NCBI GenBank assembly: GCA_963785165.1
Contig: CAWAUI010000007.1
Location: forward strand, 1,304,725-1,368,724
Source of the DNA: Thermoanaerobaculaceae bacterium
Lineage (GTDB): Bacteria > Acidobacteriota > Thermoanaerobaculia > Multivoradales > UBA5704
Reading direction: 5' to 3'
Length of the DNA stretch: 64,000 nucleotides
Shown piece by piece: positions 10,046 to 21,602 of the stretch. Below the pieces are notes generated by a model. That model was not told where the DNA came from and did not search any database. It saw nothing but the letters and a program-made list of their open reading frames with translations. A program made the translations under genes and the position numbers. The first letter of the stretch is position 1. Each line of letters opens with the position of its first letter.

Positions 10046-10330
10046 GACTTCCTCCTTGAAAACAACCCACCAGGGTTGAAAGTTGGACGCGCGGGATGTC
10101 CCGCGCATCCGGCACCTACAGAAATAAGGGTGCTCCCGCCCGGAAGGACGTGACAAAATTGAAGAGAAATGGCGTCTAAATTTAAATTGATAGAAATCAA
10201 CGATGGTTGCCATAAGAAATTCCTATTTATTCCTCCCGCTCCCTTGCAGACGCGCCGGGCGCCTGGTCGAGCGACATCGAATAGACAACTTTCTATAGGA
10301 ATATTCTCAAATGTCCGACACCTGCCCGGG
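10046..10330 (-). promoter_or_regulatory. AT-rich upstream region of the peroxidase gene carrying short palindromes
   Basis: The most AT-rich intergenic stretch in the window. AATTTAAATT at 10179-10188, GAATATTC at 10299-10306, and inverted AATTCCTAT (10218-10226) / ATAGGAATA (10295-10303). No promoter mapped. Confidence 0.35.
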
Positions 10331-10395
10331 GGGGTGGAGCGAGCATGGAGGGGTAGGCATTCCGCCTACCCATGCGGGGGGCTGAGGATGCGGCC

Positions 10396-11412
10396 TTAGA
10401 GCCGCACGGCGATCTTGCCGAAATGGCCGCCCGCCGCCATGTGATCGAGGGCGGCGGGGGCATCCTCCAGCGGGAAGGCGCGGTCGATCACGGGCCGGAG
10501 CCCGTGGAGGGCGATGGCGCGGTTCATGGCTTCGAAGCTCTCGCGGTGGCCGACCAGGATGCCCTGGACGCGGATCTTCTGCATGAAGATGAGGGTGAGC
10601 GAGGATCTCGGTCTTCGTCCCCGACAAGGTTGCCGATCAGGCTGACCGTGCCGCCGAAGCGGATGGCCTGGAGGGACTGCTGAAGGGTGCCGGCGCCGCC
10701 CACCTCGACCACGTGGTCCACGCCGAGGCCGTCCGTCAGCTCCTTGGCCCGCGTCGCCCCAGTCCGGCATCTCCCGGTAGTTGATGCTGTCGTGGGCACC
10801 CAGCTCACGGACGCGCTCCAGCTTCTCGTCCGCTGCTGGAGGTGACGATGACGCGGGCGCCGAGGACGCGGGCGAGCTGGAGGGCGAAGAGGGAGACGCC
10901 GCCGGTGCCCTGGACGAGCACGGTGTCACCCGCCTTGACGCCCCCCTCGGTGACCAGGGCGCTCCAGGCGGTGACGGCGGCACAGGGGAGGGTGGCGGCC
11001 TCCTCGTCCGACAGGTGCGGCGGGGATTTTGACCACGCCGTCCTGATCGAGCACGACCAGCTCGGCGAGCGTGCCGTCGAGCGGGCCGCCCAGGGTGGCG
11101 CGCAGGCGCTCGCGGTTGGGCTCGCCCGCGAGCCAGCTCTGGGCGAAAATGCCGCAGACCCGGTCCCCCGGCTGCACGCGGGTCACGCCCTCGCCCACCT
11201 CCACCACCTCGCCGGCGCCGTCCGAGCAGGGGATCAGCGGCAGCTTCTGCTTGGGGTTGTACTTCCCTTCCACCATGAGGAGGTCGCGGTAGTTGAGCGA
11301 GGCGGCGCGCAGGCGCACCAGCACCTGGCCGGGGCCGGGGCGCGGGTCCGGGCCGCTCGGCGAGGGCCAGGTTGGCGAGGCCGAAGGCTCCGTGGATCTC
11401 GACGGCGCGCAT
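10396..11412 (-). pseudogene. Zinc-type/MDR NAD(P)H:quinone oxidoreductase family; at least 5 frameshifts as assembled
   Basis: Fragments in three frames: [23 protein letters not shown]; [55 protein letters not shown]; [35 protein letters not shown]; RAFPLEDAPAALDHMAAGGHFGKIAVRL. Confidence 0.7.
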
Positions 11413-11417
11413 GGGCC

Positions 11418-11852
11418 TCAGCTCTCCAGGGATGCCAGCGCGGCGCGGATCTTCTCCTGGAGATCGCGGGCGGTCGACTCCGAGAGGCTCTTGGCGGACC
11501 AGCCGATGCCGAGCCCGTCGTCGCCGAGCTTGGGGATGATGTGGAAGTGCACGTGCATCACCACCTGGTGGGCCGCCGAGCCGTTGTTCTGGAGGATGTT
11601 GTAGGCGGTGGCGCCGGTCGCCCGCATCACCGCCCGGCAGAGCCGCGGCAGGACGCGGCCGATGGCGGCCGCGGACTCGTCCGAGAGCTGGTGGAGCTGC
11701 GCCTTGCGCTCCTTGGGGATGACCAGGGTGTGCCCGTCCGAGAGCGGGCCGATGTCCAGGAAGGCGAAGACGTGGTCGTCCTCGTAGACCTTGCAGGAAG
11801 GGATGTCCCCGGAGAGGATCTTGTCGAAGATGGTCGGTTGGTGGTCGCTCAT
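11418..11852 (-). CDS. HIT-family (histidine triad) nucleotide hydrolase
   Basis: ATG at 11852 (MSDHQPTIFDKILSGDIP...). Histidine triad HVHFHIIP. The stop lies 6 nt before the start of the MDR gene. Confidence 0.85.
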   Translation of the reverse strand: MSDHQPTIFDKILSGDIPSCKVYEDDHVFAFLDIGPLSDGHTLVIPKERKAQLHQLSDESAAAIGRVLPRLCRAVMRATGATAYNILQNNGSAAHQVVMHVHFHIIPKLGDDGLGIGWSAKSLSESTARDLQEKIRAALASLES

Positions 11853-11936
11853 GGAAAGGTATTGTATAGACCTGACAGGAGGGGACGGCTGTCCCCGCGG
11901 ACAGCACATCGTCCGCGGAGACGGAGCACCATCTTC

Positions 11937-12386
11937 TTACCAGACGAACAGCAGGTCGAACCGGTTGTCCGAGAGAGCGCCCGCGTGGTTGTAGCACCTC
12001 ACCGTCGCCGAGAAGTCCGCGCCGCCCGACGTCCAGCTCGTGACTTTGCACTGATCGGCATCCTCACCGCCGTAGGCCGTCACCTGAACATGTCCCCCGG
12101 CTCCCCAGGAGCCGCTGCCGCTGAACAGGCCGCCGCCGCCGACGCCCTTGCATACGACCGTATAGACGCCGACGGCGGTCCGCGTGACGGTGTTCGCCGC
12201 GGCCTTGCCAACGGCGTTGTAGGAATAAATGGCGGTGGGTGAATAGGGGGTGCCGATGGTGGAAGTGGCATCGTTGGCCCAGACGTAGCATTGGACCGAG
12301 GAGCCGCGGCCCGGGTCGGCCATGGAAGGCGATGCCCAAGCGGCCAAGGCGAGCGCGAAGACGCAGACTGCGGTAATTCTCTTCAT
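11937..12386 (-). CDS. Small secreted Gly/Cys-containing protein of unknown function (149 aa)
   Basis: ATG at 12386 after AGGAG. Signal peptide MKRITAVCVFALALAAWASPSMA. Four Cys. No motif I recognise. Confidence 0.6.
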   Translation of the reverse strand: MKRITAVCVFALALAAWASPSMADPGRGSSVQCYVWANDATSTIGTPYSPTAIYSYNAVGKAAANTVTRTAVGVYTVVCKGVGGGGLFSGSGSWGAGGHVQVTAYGGEDADQCKVTSWTSGGADFSATVRCYNHAGALSDNRFDLLFVW

Positions 12387-12465
12387 GGATGGATCTCCTT
12401 TTGGGTTCAACCTCCTTTGAGGCGATCCATCCCCTCCAGCCGTTACATCGCGCGCGATGTGAGAC

Positions 12466-13218
12466 TTACTTCCTCCACGGCGCCAGCCGGCTCCACCAGG
12501 ACGCCGGCTGTTGGGTTGCGGTCTCCGGAGGATCCGTCTCGCCATAGCGGTGCAGCGGCGACGGGTCGTTCGGGGGCCACATGGAGCTGGTGGAGCCGTC
12601 GCGGTAGAAGGTGACGGTGACACTGCGGCGGGAGAGGCGGCTGCCGTTGACGACGGGGGCGACGGCGTGCCAGGAGCTCTCGGAGCGGACGAGCACGGCG
12701 GAGGTGCCTACGAGGGGCGGGATGACGGCGGCGACGTCCTTGTCGTCCGCGGAACGCAGGATGGACAAGCAGCCGCCGTCGTCCGGGTTCCACGACTCGT
12801 TGAAGTAGAAGACGTGGGTGACGACCTTGTCGGACAGGTCGGGGTGGGCGCCCAGCGAGGAGCCCGGGCCGTAGTGGAAGACGTTCACTTCGAGCGGCGC
12901 GGTGGCCAGGTCGCAGCCGGTCAGCCGCGACATGGCCTGGCGGTATTCCGGGGAGAGGAGGTCCGCCGCGAAACGCTTCCAGGCTTCGCTCAGCTCCTCG
13001 GGATAGGAAGCGGCCGCCGCGCCCATCCGGATCAGCGCGCGGGACTCGTATTCGTAGTCTTTCTCCCCACCGCGGCCCGACACCAATTTGAAATGATCGA
13101 GGGGATAGGTGGAGGCCAGGGCCGCGGCGTCCGGCGGCGAGAACAGGTCGTCGACCCGGGCCCAGCGGTAGGGTTCGGTTTCCAGCTTGTGCTGCTCGAT
13201 TCGGTCCAGTTGGATCAT
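12466..13218 (-). CDS. 2OG-Fe(II) oxygenase-superfamily protein (prolyl-hydroxylase-like)
   Basis: Intact 250-aa ORF. HxD...H pattern (GAHPDLSDK ... SSWHAV) followed by RRSVTVTFY. Its ATG overlaps the upstream stop (ATGA at 13215-13218). Confidence 0.6.
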   Translation of the reverse strand: MIQLDRIEQHKLETEPYRWARVDDLFSPPDAAALASTYPLDHFKLVSGRGGEKDYEYESRALIRMGAAAASYPEELSEAWKRFAADLLSPEYRQAMSRLTGCDLATAPLEVNVFHYGPGSSLGAHPDLSDKVVTHVFYFNESWNPDDGGCLSILRSADDKDVAAVIPPLVGTSAVLVRSESSWHAVAPVVNGSRLSRRSVTVTFYRDGSTSSMWPPNDPSPLHRYGETDPPETATQQPASWWSRLAPWRK

Positions 13219-14518
13219 GGTCCCCCCTCGGATCTCCCTCTCAGCCAGCGTCCGATCGAGCGTAGTGGAGAGGTCAGTTTCCAGGAATTTGAATTGTAGA
13301 GAGCGGCGATGTGTTGGTCACGGGCCGCGATCTCCGCGTGAGCGCGGGTCAGGAGAGCGCTCGGATCCTCCAGGCGCCCAGGCAGGGATTGCCAGAACCG
13401 GTTGAGCGCCGGCAGCGCCTCGGCGGGGCCGGCCTCGAGGGCTGCGGCCACGCGGTCCCAATGAACGGCGAGCCGTCCAGCGTAGCGCGAACCGCGGCCG
13501 TGGGGGCCGTCCGCCCCACCCGGGCGAGGAACCAACCCGGGTCCGGCTCGCGGCTGGGGTCCAGTTGGAAGATCCTCTCGAAGGCCCGCAGGGCAGAGTA
13601 TTTTCCGGCCGTCAGATCCTGCGGCGTAAAGACGGGGACGCCGGCGGTGAGCGCCGTGATGGCGAGGTGGTAGCTGTGGCCGACGACCGCGTCGGCGTGG
13701 CGGATCAATTCCGCGAGCTGCAGCGGGTGCGGCCAGGCGGACAGGCGGACGATCCCCGGCAGGTCCGCTGCCAGGATCTCCGCGGTGTCACCCAGCACGG
13801 GACCGATCGGCAGGGCCAGGAACCGGAACCCCCGCAGCCGCTGCTCATGCTTTTTGACGAAGCTCGTGAAGGCATCCAGACCCAAGGCTGCCTGGACAAC
13901 GATGTACGGCCCCGTCAGGCCGGCGGCTTCCCGCAGGCGGATCAGATCGCTCGACGGCTCGTCCGCCAGCAGGCTGGAAAGCCCGAAGGCGGTGTCGGGG
14001 ACGACCGTGATGCGGGAAGGGTCGGTGAAGCGCTTCAGGGCTTCCCGTGTCGGCTGGTCGCGCACGGCGACGTAGCGGCTCTGCGTGAGGGCCAGCTCCA
14101 TCAACGGGTGGGCCCATTCGGGAATCTCGTTGCGGTGCAGGCCGGGCGCGTTCCAGACCAGCGGGATTCCGGACTGGAGGGCGATCAGCGCCGGGGTCAG
14201 CCAGTAGCCGGTGGGGTGGTGGATCGCGGGGGACGGCGGGCCGTACCCGGGAGCCACGGCCTTGTCGAAGCGGATGAGGTACCCGCCGCCGATCAGCAGG
14301 CCGTCGAGGCCGGCCGCCTTCTCTGGGAGGTCCGCCGTGGAGGTGACCGGGTAGGGCCAGTCTGGCGGTGTCCTGGCATTGTAGGAAAACCGGTGCAGCC
14401 GGACGGCGCCGAGGCGTGCCTTCAGCTCCGCCTCGGCGAGGAGCGGGAAGAGCAGATCGCCGTAGTTCCGCAGATCGAAGGTACCGGTGACCCCGATCTG
14501 CCACTCGCGAGCGGTCAT
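13215..14518 (-). pseudogene. Polysaccharide pyruvyl transferase family protein with a C-terminal SWKLTSPLR tail; one frameshift near 13450
   Basis: ORF 13349..14518 begins MTAREWQIGVTGTFDLRNYGDLLFPLL (GxxNxGD-type motif). The C-terminus continues in ORF 13215..13535 (..LAVHWDRV...ALYNSNSWKLTSPLRSIGRWLR). Confidence 0.65.
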
Positions 14519-14544
14519 GGAAAAGGAGAGTGAACGAGGGGGAT

Positions 14545-14618
14545 TGGCTGGGAGGCAGGGATTCGAACCCCGATTCTGCGGGTCAGAGCCGCATGTCCTA
14601 CCGTTGAACGACCTCCCA
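14545..14618 (-). tRNA. tRNA-Gln (anticodon CUG)
   Basis: Hand-folded 74-nt cloverleaf: acceptor UGGGAGG/CCUCCCA, discriminator G, encoded CCA, T-arm CGGGG-UUCGAAU-CCCUG, anticodon loop CU-CUG-AC. Confidence 0.85.
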
Positions 14619-14662
14619 GTAGAACAACAGGCCGGGAAGGGTAGCGAAACCCTTGCCCGGCG

Positions 14663-16146
14663 TCAACCCTGAGGGGCCGAGGCCTGAGGCCGGCCGGCCG
14701 GCGGGCCTGCCGCAGGAAGTCGATGAAGCGGCCGAGGCGCCCGAGGGTCCGGTCCCGGCCGATCAGCTCGATCAGGTCGAACAGCGGCGGGCCGCCGGTG
14801 GCCGCCGGAGAGGGCCATCCGCGTGGGGTGGATGAGGACGCCGGCCTTGACCCCCCGCTCCTCGGAGAGGGCACGCAGAGCGGCCTCCAGGGCGTCCTTG
14901 TCGAAGTCGGGGAGGGCGGCATAGCGGTCCCGCAGCGTCTCCAGGCAGCTCCGGCAGAGCAGGGTCCTTGAGGAACTTGGCGCAGGCCGCCGGGTCGTAG
15001 GCGAACCGTCCTGGAAGTAGGGGACGATCTGCTCCACCAGCTCCTTCAGGGTGCGGGCGCGGGGGCGGTGGAGGTTGACGGCGGCCTCCAGGCGCGCCGG
15101 GTCCGCGGCGGCGGCGTCCGCCAGGCCCGCCTGGGCCAGGAAAGGCTCCAGGTGAGGGAGCAGGCTTTGGTGATCGAGGGCCGCGAGGTACTGGGAGTTC
15201 ATCCACCAGAGCTTCTCGCGGTCGAACACGGCGGCCGACGCGTTCAGGCGGTCGACGGAGAAGGCGGATCATCTCGTCGCGGGAGAGGACCTCGCGGTCG
15301 TCCCCGGGGTTCCAGCCGAGGAGGGCGAGGAAGTTGTAGAGCGCCTGGGGGAGGATCCCCTCGTTGCGGAACTCCTCGACGGAGGTGGCGCCGTAGCGCT
15401 TGGAGAGGCGCTTCTTGTCCGGCCCGAGGATCAGCGGCAGGTGGCCGAAGGTCGGCACGGTGCCGCCCAGGGCCCGGAAGAGCGGGATGTGCTTGGGCGT
15501 GTTCGACAGGTGGTCCTCGCCGCGGATGACGTGGGTGATCGCCATGTCGATGTCGTCGACCACCACGGACATGTGGTAGGTGGCGTTGCCGTCGGAGCGC
15601 AGCAGGATGAAGTCGTCGAGCGCGTCGGGCGGGAAGTCCATGTCGCCGCGCACGAGGTCGGTGAAGGTGATGTTCTCGTCCGGCATCCGGAAGCGGACGG
15701 CGAAGGGCTTGCCGGCGGCCACGGCGCGCTCGACCTCTTCCGGCGCGAGGCTGCAGGCAGGTGCGCGGATAGCGGAAGGCGACGCCCCGCTTCTGGGCCT
15801 CGTCGCGCTGGGCGTCCAGCTCCTCCGGGGTGCAGAAGCAGCGGTAGGCCTTGCCGGCGGCCAGCAGCTCCTCGGCCCGCTCGTGGTGGCGGGGCAGCCG
15901 CTCGCTCTGGAGGAACGGCCCCTCGTCCCAGACGGTGCCGATCCAGGCCAGGGCGGACTGGATCTGGCGGGTCATGGCCTCGTCGGAGCGCTCCTTGTCG
16001 GTGTCTTCGATGCGCAGGACGAAGGCGCCGCCGGCGTGCTGCCGCAGCAGGTCGTTGTAGATGGCGGTGCGGGCTCCGCCCACGTGCAGGAATCCCGTGG
16101 GCGAGGGGGCGAAACGGACCCGGATGGGCCCCTGGACTTCAGTCAT
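14663..16146 (-). pseudogene. gltX: Glutamate--tRNA ligase; at least 5 frameshifts as assembled (3' end uncertain)
   Basis: MTEVQGPIRVRFAPSPTGFLHVGGARTAIYN (HIGH-type motif) is in ORF 15244..16146. VIRGEDHLSNTPKH and KKRLSKRYG (KMSKS-type) are in ORF 14772..15722. The C-terminal anticodon-binding part lies in ORFs 14663..15229 and 14515..14922. Confidence 0.85.
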
Positions 16147-16224
16147 GGCTTGGCTCCGAAATCGCTCCGAAATCGCTCCGGAAGTGGCCCCGCCGGCTGG
16201 CGGGGTCTGGGACCGGAAACGCTA

Positions 16225-17367
16225 TCACAGCCCCTGGCGGGGGAAGGCCGGGTCCTCGACCGGGTCCGCCTGGTCCCGCCAGCAGCCGATGCGGTAGCAG
16301 ATCCAGGCCAGAAGCACGCCCGCATAGCCGTCCACGGCGTAATGCCAGCCGGTTAGGAGCGAACCGGCGAAGGTCAGGCACGTGGCGATCGCGAAGTATT
16401 TGGCCAAGGGGCGGGCCCGCCGCCACGCCCAGAAGAAGAAGAAGGCGTGGACGGCGACGTGCAGGCTGGGCAGGCAGGCAATACCCCGTGTGGGGTTGAT
16501 CCCTTGCGGAGCGACGCCCCGTGCCCGCCCTTCGAGCATCAATTGATAGTTCCCCCACAACAGCTCCTGCAAGCCCTCGGCGTTCGGCATCTCGCGGATG
16601 ACGCCGTCAAAGGTCCGCGGCGTCACGAAGACCGGCCCCAGGGCCGGCATCGACATGTAGGTCCAACTGCCGAGGATCCAGAGAAGCACGAAAGAGAGGA
16701 CGAAGCGGCGCCGGAGCCGCGCGTCCATGCCGGTGTTCCAAAAAGCCACGGTGTAGAAGAGGCCCGGGAGCCAGAGGTAGTACCAGGCGTCCATCCACAC
16801 GGCCAGGGGCGTGCCGGCGAACAGTTTGACGGTGAGGTCGGTCGGCGAGAGGCCGAAGTGGAGCCAGGTGTCGAAACGCCCGAGAGCCTCGTCCCATAGG
16901 CGCGGGTTGATCAACGGGATCGACACCTTGAGCCAGAAGTAGCCGTAGTTCACCAGGACCAGGGCGAGCGACAGCCGCAGCCAGAGGATCCACCACCGCG
17001 GGCGCGCCAGCTCGCGCAGGTAGTCCTTGACCGGAAGCCGCTTCAGCATGCGGTAGAGGATCTGCATCGAGATGCCGGTGAGCAGCGTCTTGGGCAGCAG
17101 GCGGACCGATGCCTGGAAGAGATAGAGCGCTCTGGACCAGTCCATTCGCAGCGCCCCATGGAAATGCAGGAAGGCGAAGGCGGCCAGCAGGCTGCCGAGG
17201 GTGACCACCTCGAAGGGATGGAGGCGGAGTACCCTGCCCAACCGGCGAGGCACGTCAACGGCGGGCAGAGCCACGGCGGACGCCGGGCTGGCCAACTGGG
17301 AATCGAATTGCATGAAAGATTTATTTTGACGCAATCGGACCGGCGGCGCTACCCCCTCGCTCCCCAT
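16225..17367 (-). CDS. PAP2-superfamily membrane protein, AUR1/IPC-synthase-like (PAP2_3), paralog 1
   Basis: Intact ORF, multi-TM. Motifs LPSLHVAVH and GWHYAVDGYAG. Alternative ATG at 17313. The 17367 start overlaps paralog 2 by 19 nt. Confidence 0.7.
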   Translation of the reverse strand: MGSEGVAPPVRLRQNKSFMQFDSQLASPASAVALPAVDVPRRLGRVLRLHPFEVVTLGSLLAAFAFLHFHGALRMDWSRALYLFQASVRLLPKTLLTGISMQILYRMLKRLPVKDYLRELARPRWWILWLRLSLALVLVNYGYFWLKVSIPLINPRLWDEALGRFDTWLHFGLSPTDLTVKLFAGTPLAVWMDAWYYLWLPGLFYTVAFWNTGMDARLRRRFVLSFVLLWILGSWTYMSMPALGPVFVTPRTFDGVIREMPNAEGLQELLWGNYQLMLEGRARGVAPQGINPTRGIACLPSLHVAVHAFFFFWAWRRARPLAKYFAIATCLTFAGSLLTGWHYAVDGYAGVLLAWICYRIGCWRDQADPVEDPAFPRQGL

Positions 17368-18386
17368 TGCCCGATGCGGAAGCAGATCCAGGCGAGGAGC
17401 ATGCCTACGTAGCCGTCCACGGCGTAATGCCAGCCGGTGAGGAGCGAGCCGGCGAAGGTGAGGGCCGTGGCCAGGGCGAAAAACACGGCGAGAGGCCTTG
17501 CCCGCCGGCGCGCCCAGAGGAAGAAGAAGAAATGGACGCCCACGTGCAGGCTGGGCATGGCGGCAATGCCGCGGGTCGGATTGAGCTGGCGCAGGGCACC
17601 CCCGCGCCGCCCCTCCAGGAGGCGCCCGTAGTTCTCCCGCAGCACCCGCTGGCCGCCCCGGGCCCTCGGCATCTCACCACTGACGGCGTCGAAAACCCGG
17701 GGCGCCAGGTAAATGGGCCCCAGGGCCGGCACCGACATGTAGATCCAACTGCCGAGCGTCCACAGCAGCACGCTCGAGAGCAGGACCCGGCGCCGCAGCG
17801 GTGCGTCGAGCCCGGCGCTCCAGAAGGTGAGGGTGCCGAAGACCGTGGTGACCCACAAGGCGTACCAGCGGTCGAGCAGCGAGACCAGGGGCGTGCCGGC
17901 GCAGAGGTTGACCACGAAGACCGAGGGCGAGATGCCGAAATGGAGCCAGGTGTCGAGCTGCCAGAGGGCATGGTCCCACAGCCGCGGATGGACCAGCGGC
18001 ACCGACACCTTCATCCAGAAGTAGCCGTACTGCATCGCCACCAGGGCGAGCATCAGCCGCAGCCAGAGGAGCCACCACCGGGGGCGCACCACCTCGCGCA
18101 GGTACTCGCGCAGTGGCTGCCGGGTCAGCAGGCGATAGAGGAGCTGGAGGGCGACCCCGAGCCCCAGGGCCGCCGGCAGCTTGCCGAGCGGCGGCACGAC
18201 GATCCAGCGCACCGTCTCCCAGTCCATCCGCAACCCGTGGGCGCGGAGGAAGACGAAGGCGATCAGCATGCTGGCGAGGGTGACCAGCTCGAAGGGGTAG
18301 GGGCGCAGCGCGGCGGTCCAGCGCCGGGGCGCCGGCGCCTCGGCGGGCGCCGGGATGGTGGGCTCGGGTTCGGTCTCGATGGCCAT
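17349..18386 (-). CDS. PAP2-superfamily membrane protein (PAP2_3-like), paralog 2
   Basis: ATG at 18386 after GAAGGAG. MPSLHVGVH and GWHYAVDGYVG. Collinear similarity to paralogs 1 and 3. Confidence 0.75.
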   Translation of the reverse strand: MAIETEPEPTIPAPAEAPAPRRWTAALRPYPFELVTLASMLIAFVFLRAHGLRMDWETVRWIVVPPLGKLPAALGLGVALQLLYRLLTRQPLREYLREVVRPRWWLLWLRLMLALVAMQYGYFWMKVSVPLVHPRLWDHALWQLDTWLHFGISPSVFVVNLCAGTPLVSLLDRWYALWVTTVFGTLTFWSAGLDAPLRRRVLLSSVLLWTLGSWIYMSVPALGPIYLAPRVFDAVSGEMPRARGGQRVLRENYGRLLEGRRGGALRQLNPTRGIAAMPSLHVGVHFFFFLWARRRARPLAVFFALATALTFAGSLLTGWHYAVDGYVGMLLAWICFRIGQWGARG

Positions 18387-18395
18387 GAGACTCCT

Positions 18396-19535
18396 TCAGG
18401 ACCCCATGGCCGGGACCGGATCCGCGCCGTCACCCCACCGGCCGGCCCGGTAGCAGAGCCAGGCGAGGAGCATGCCCGCGTAGCCGTCCACGGCGTAGTG
18501 CCAGCCGGTGAGGAGCGAACCGGCGAAGGTCAGGGCCGTGGCGAGAGCGAAGAACACGGCGAGCGGCCGCGCCCGCCGGCGCGCCCAGAGGAAGAAGAGG
18601 AAATGGGCGGCGACGTGCAGGCTGGGCATGGAGGCCACGCCATGGGTGGGCCGGAACCGGCGCAGGATGCCGGTTCGCCGCCCCTCCAGCACCCACTGGT
18701 AGTTCTCCCACAGCAGACCCTGGAGCCGGCCGGCGGCCGGCAGGTCGTTGGTGACGGAGGCGAAGGTCTGGGGCGCCACGTACACCGGGCCCAAAGCCGG
18801 TACGGCCATGTAGAACCAGCTGCCGAGCGTCCACAGCAGGACGCTCGAGAGCAGGACCCGCCGGCGGAGCCGGCTGTCGAGCGACGCGGTCCAGAAGGCG
18901 AGCGTGTAGAAGACCGACCAGACCCACAGGTCGTACCAGAGGTCGAGCACCAGGACCAGGGAGGTGCCCGTGAACAGGTTGACGATGAAAACCGTGGGCG
19001 AGAGGCCGAAGTGCAGCCAGGTGTCGAGCCGCCAGAGGGCGTCGTCCCACAGCCGGGGGTTGATCAGCGGCACCGAGACCTTGACCCAGAAGTAGCCGTA
19101 CTGCATCACGATCAGGGCCAGGGAGAGCCGCAGCCAGAGGATCCACCAGCGGGGGCGCACGACCTCCCGCAGGTAGGCCCGCACCGGCAGGTGCGCCAGC
19201 CGGCGGTAGGCGAGCTGCATGGCGATGCCGATGAAGAGCGCCCAGGGGAGGAGGAGAGTCGGGTTCCAGAGAATGATCGCCGTCCGCCGGTCCATGCGCA
19301 GGCCGTGGCGGCGCAGGAACACGATGGCGAGAAGTGCCGCCGCGAGGACGACGATCTCGAAAAGGTACGGCCGGAACGCGATGTGCTCCCCGCGCGCGGG
19401 GGGCTCCGGCACGGACGGCGTCTCCGCGGCGGTCGCCGCGACGGGTTCGGGCTGGGCGGACATGGAGGCGTGATTATGCCGTAATCTTGAAAGAATGCCG
19501 ATGGGACGCGGCCCGGAAAAGGGTGCGGTTCCCAT
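18396..19535 (-). CDS. PAP2-superfamily membrane protein (PAP2_3-like), paralog 3
   Basis: MPSLHVAAH and GWHYAVDGYAG. Start is uncertain (19535 or the ATG at 19463, MSAQPEPV...). Confidence 0.7.
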   Translation of the reverse strand: MGTAPFSGPRPIGILSRLRHNHASMSAQPEPVAATAAETPSVPEPPARGEHIAFRPYLFEIVVLAAALLAIVFLRRHGLRMDRRTAIILWNPTLLLPWALFIGIAMQLAYRRLAHLPVRAYLREVVRPRWWILWLRLSLALIVMQYGYFWVKVSVPLINPRLWDDALWRLDTWLHFGLSPTVFIVNLFTGTSLVLVLDLWYDLWVWSVFYTLAFWTASLDSRLRRRVLLSSVLLWTLGSWFYMAVPALGPVYVAPQTFASVTNDLPAAGRLQGLLWENYQWVLEGRRTGILRRFRPTHGVASMPSLHVAAHFLFFLWARRRARPLAVFFALATALTFAGSLLTGWHYAVDGYAGMLLAWLCYRAGRWGDGADPVPAMGS

Positions 19536-19653
19536 TCATGTTAGAGTCCTCCGCCGGCCGGGGGTCTGTCCGCCTGGCGTTTTCCCCAGAACCCGACCCA
19601 ATCCAGAAAACCAGGCCCCCTCCGGGGCTTCTGAGAGGAGCATTCGCACCACG

Positions 19654-21582
<1,929 letters not shown>

Positions 21583-21602
21583 ACTTGCAGGAGGGATTTG
21601 CG

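Noticed and set aside
10169-10399. 76-aa ORF in the AT-rich region upstream of the peroxidase
   Set aside because: It has no RBS, lies in a probable promoter region, and shows junk-like composition after the first 20 codons.
16147-16224. Direct repeat GCTCCGAAATC x2 (plus GCTCCGGAAGT) and a CCCCGCC-GGCT-GGCGGGG hairpin between PAP2 paralog 1 and gltX, as a regulatory leader
   Set aside because: Only two to three short units and no recognisable motif. More likely a terminator hairpin plus slippage. Too weak to call.
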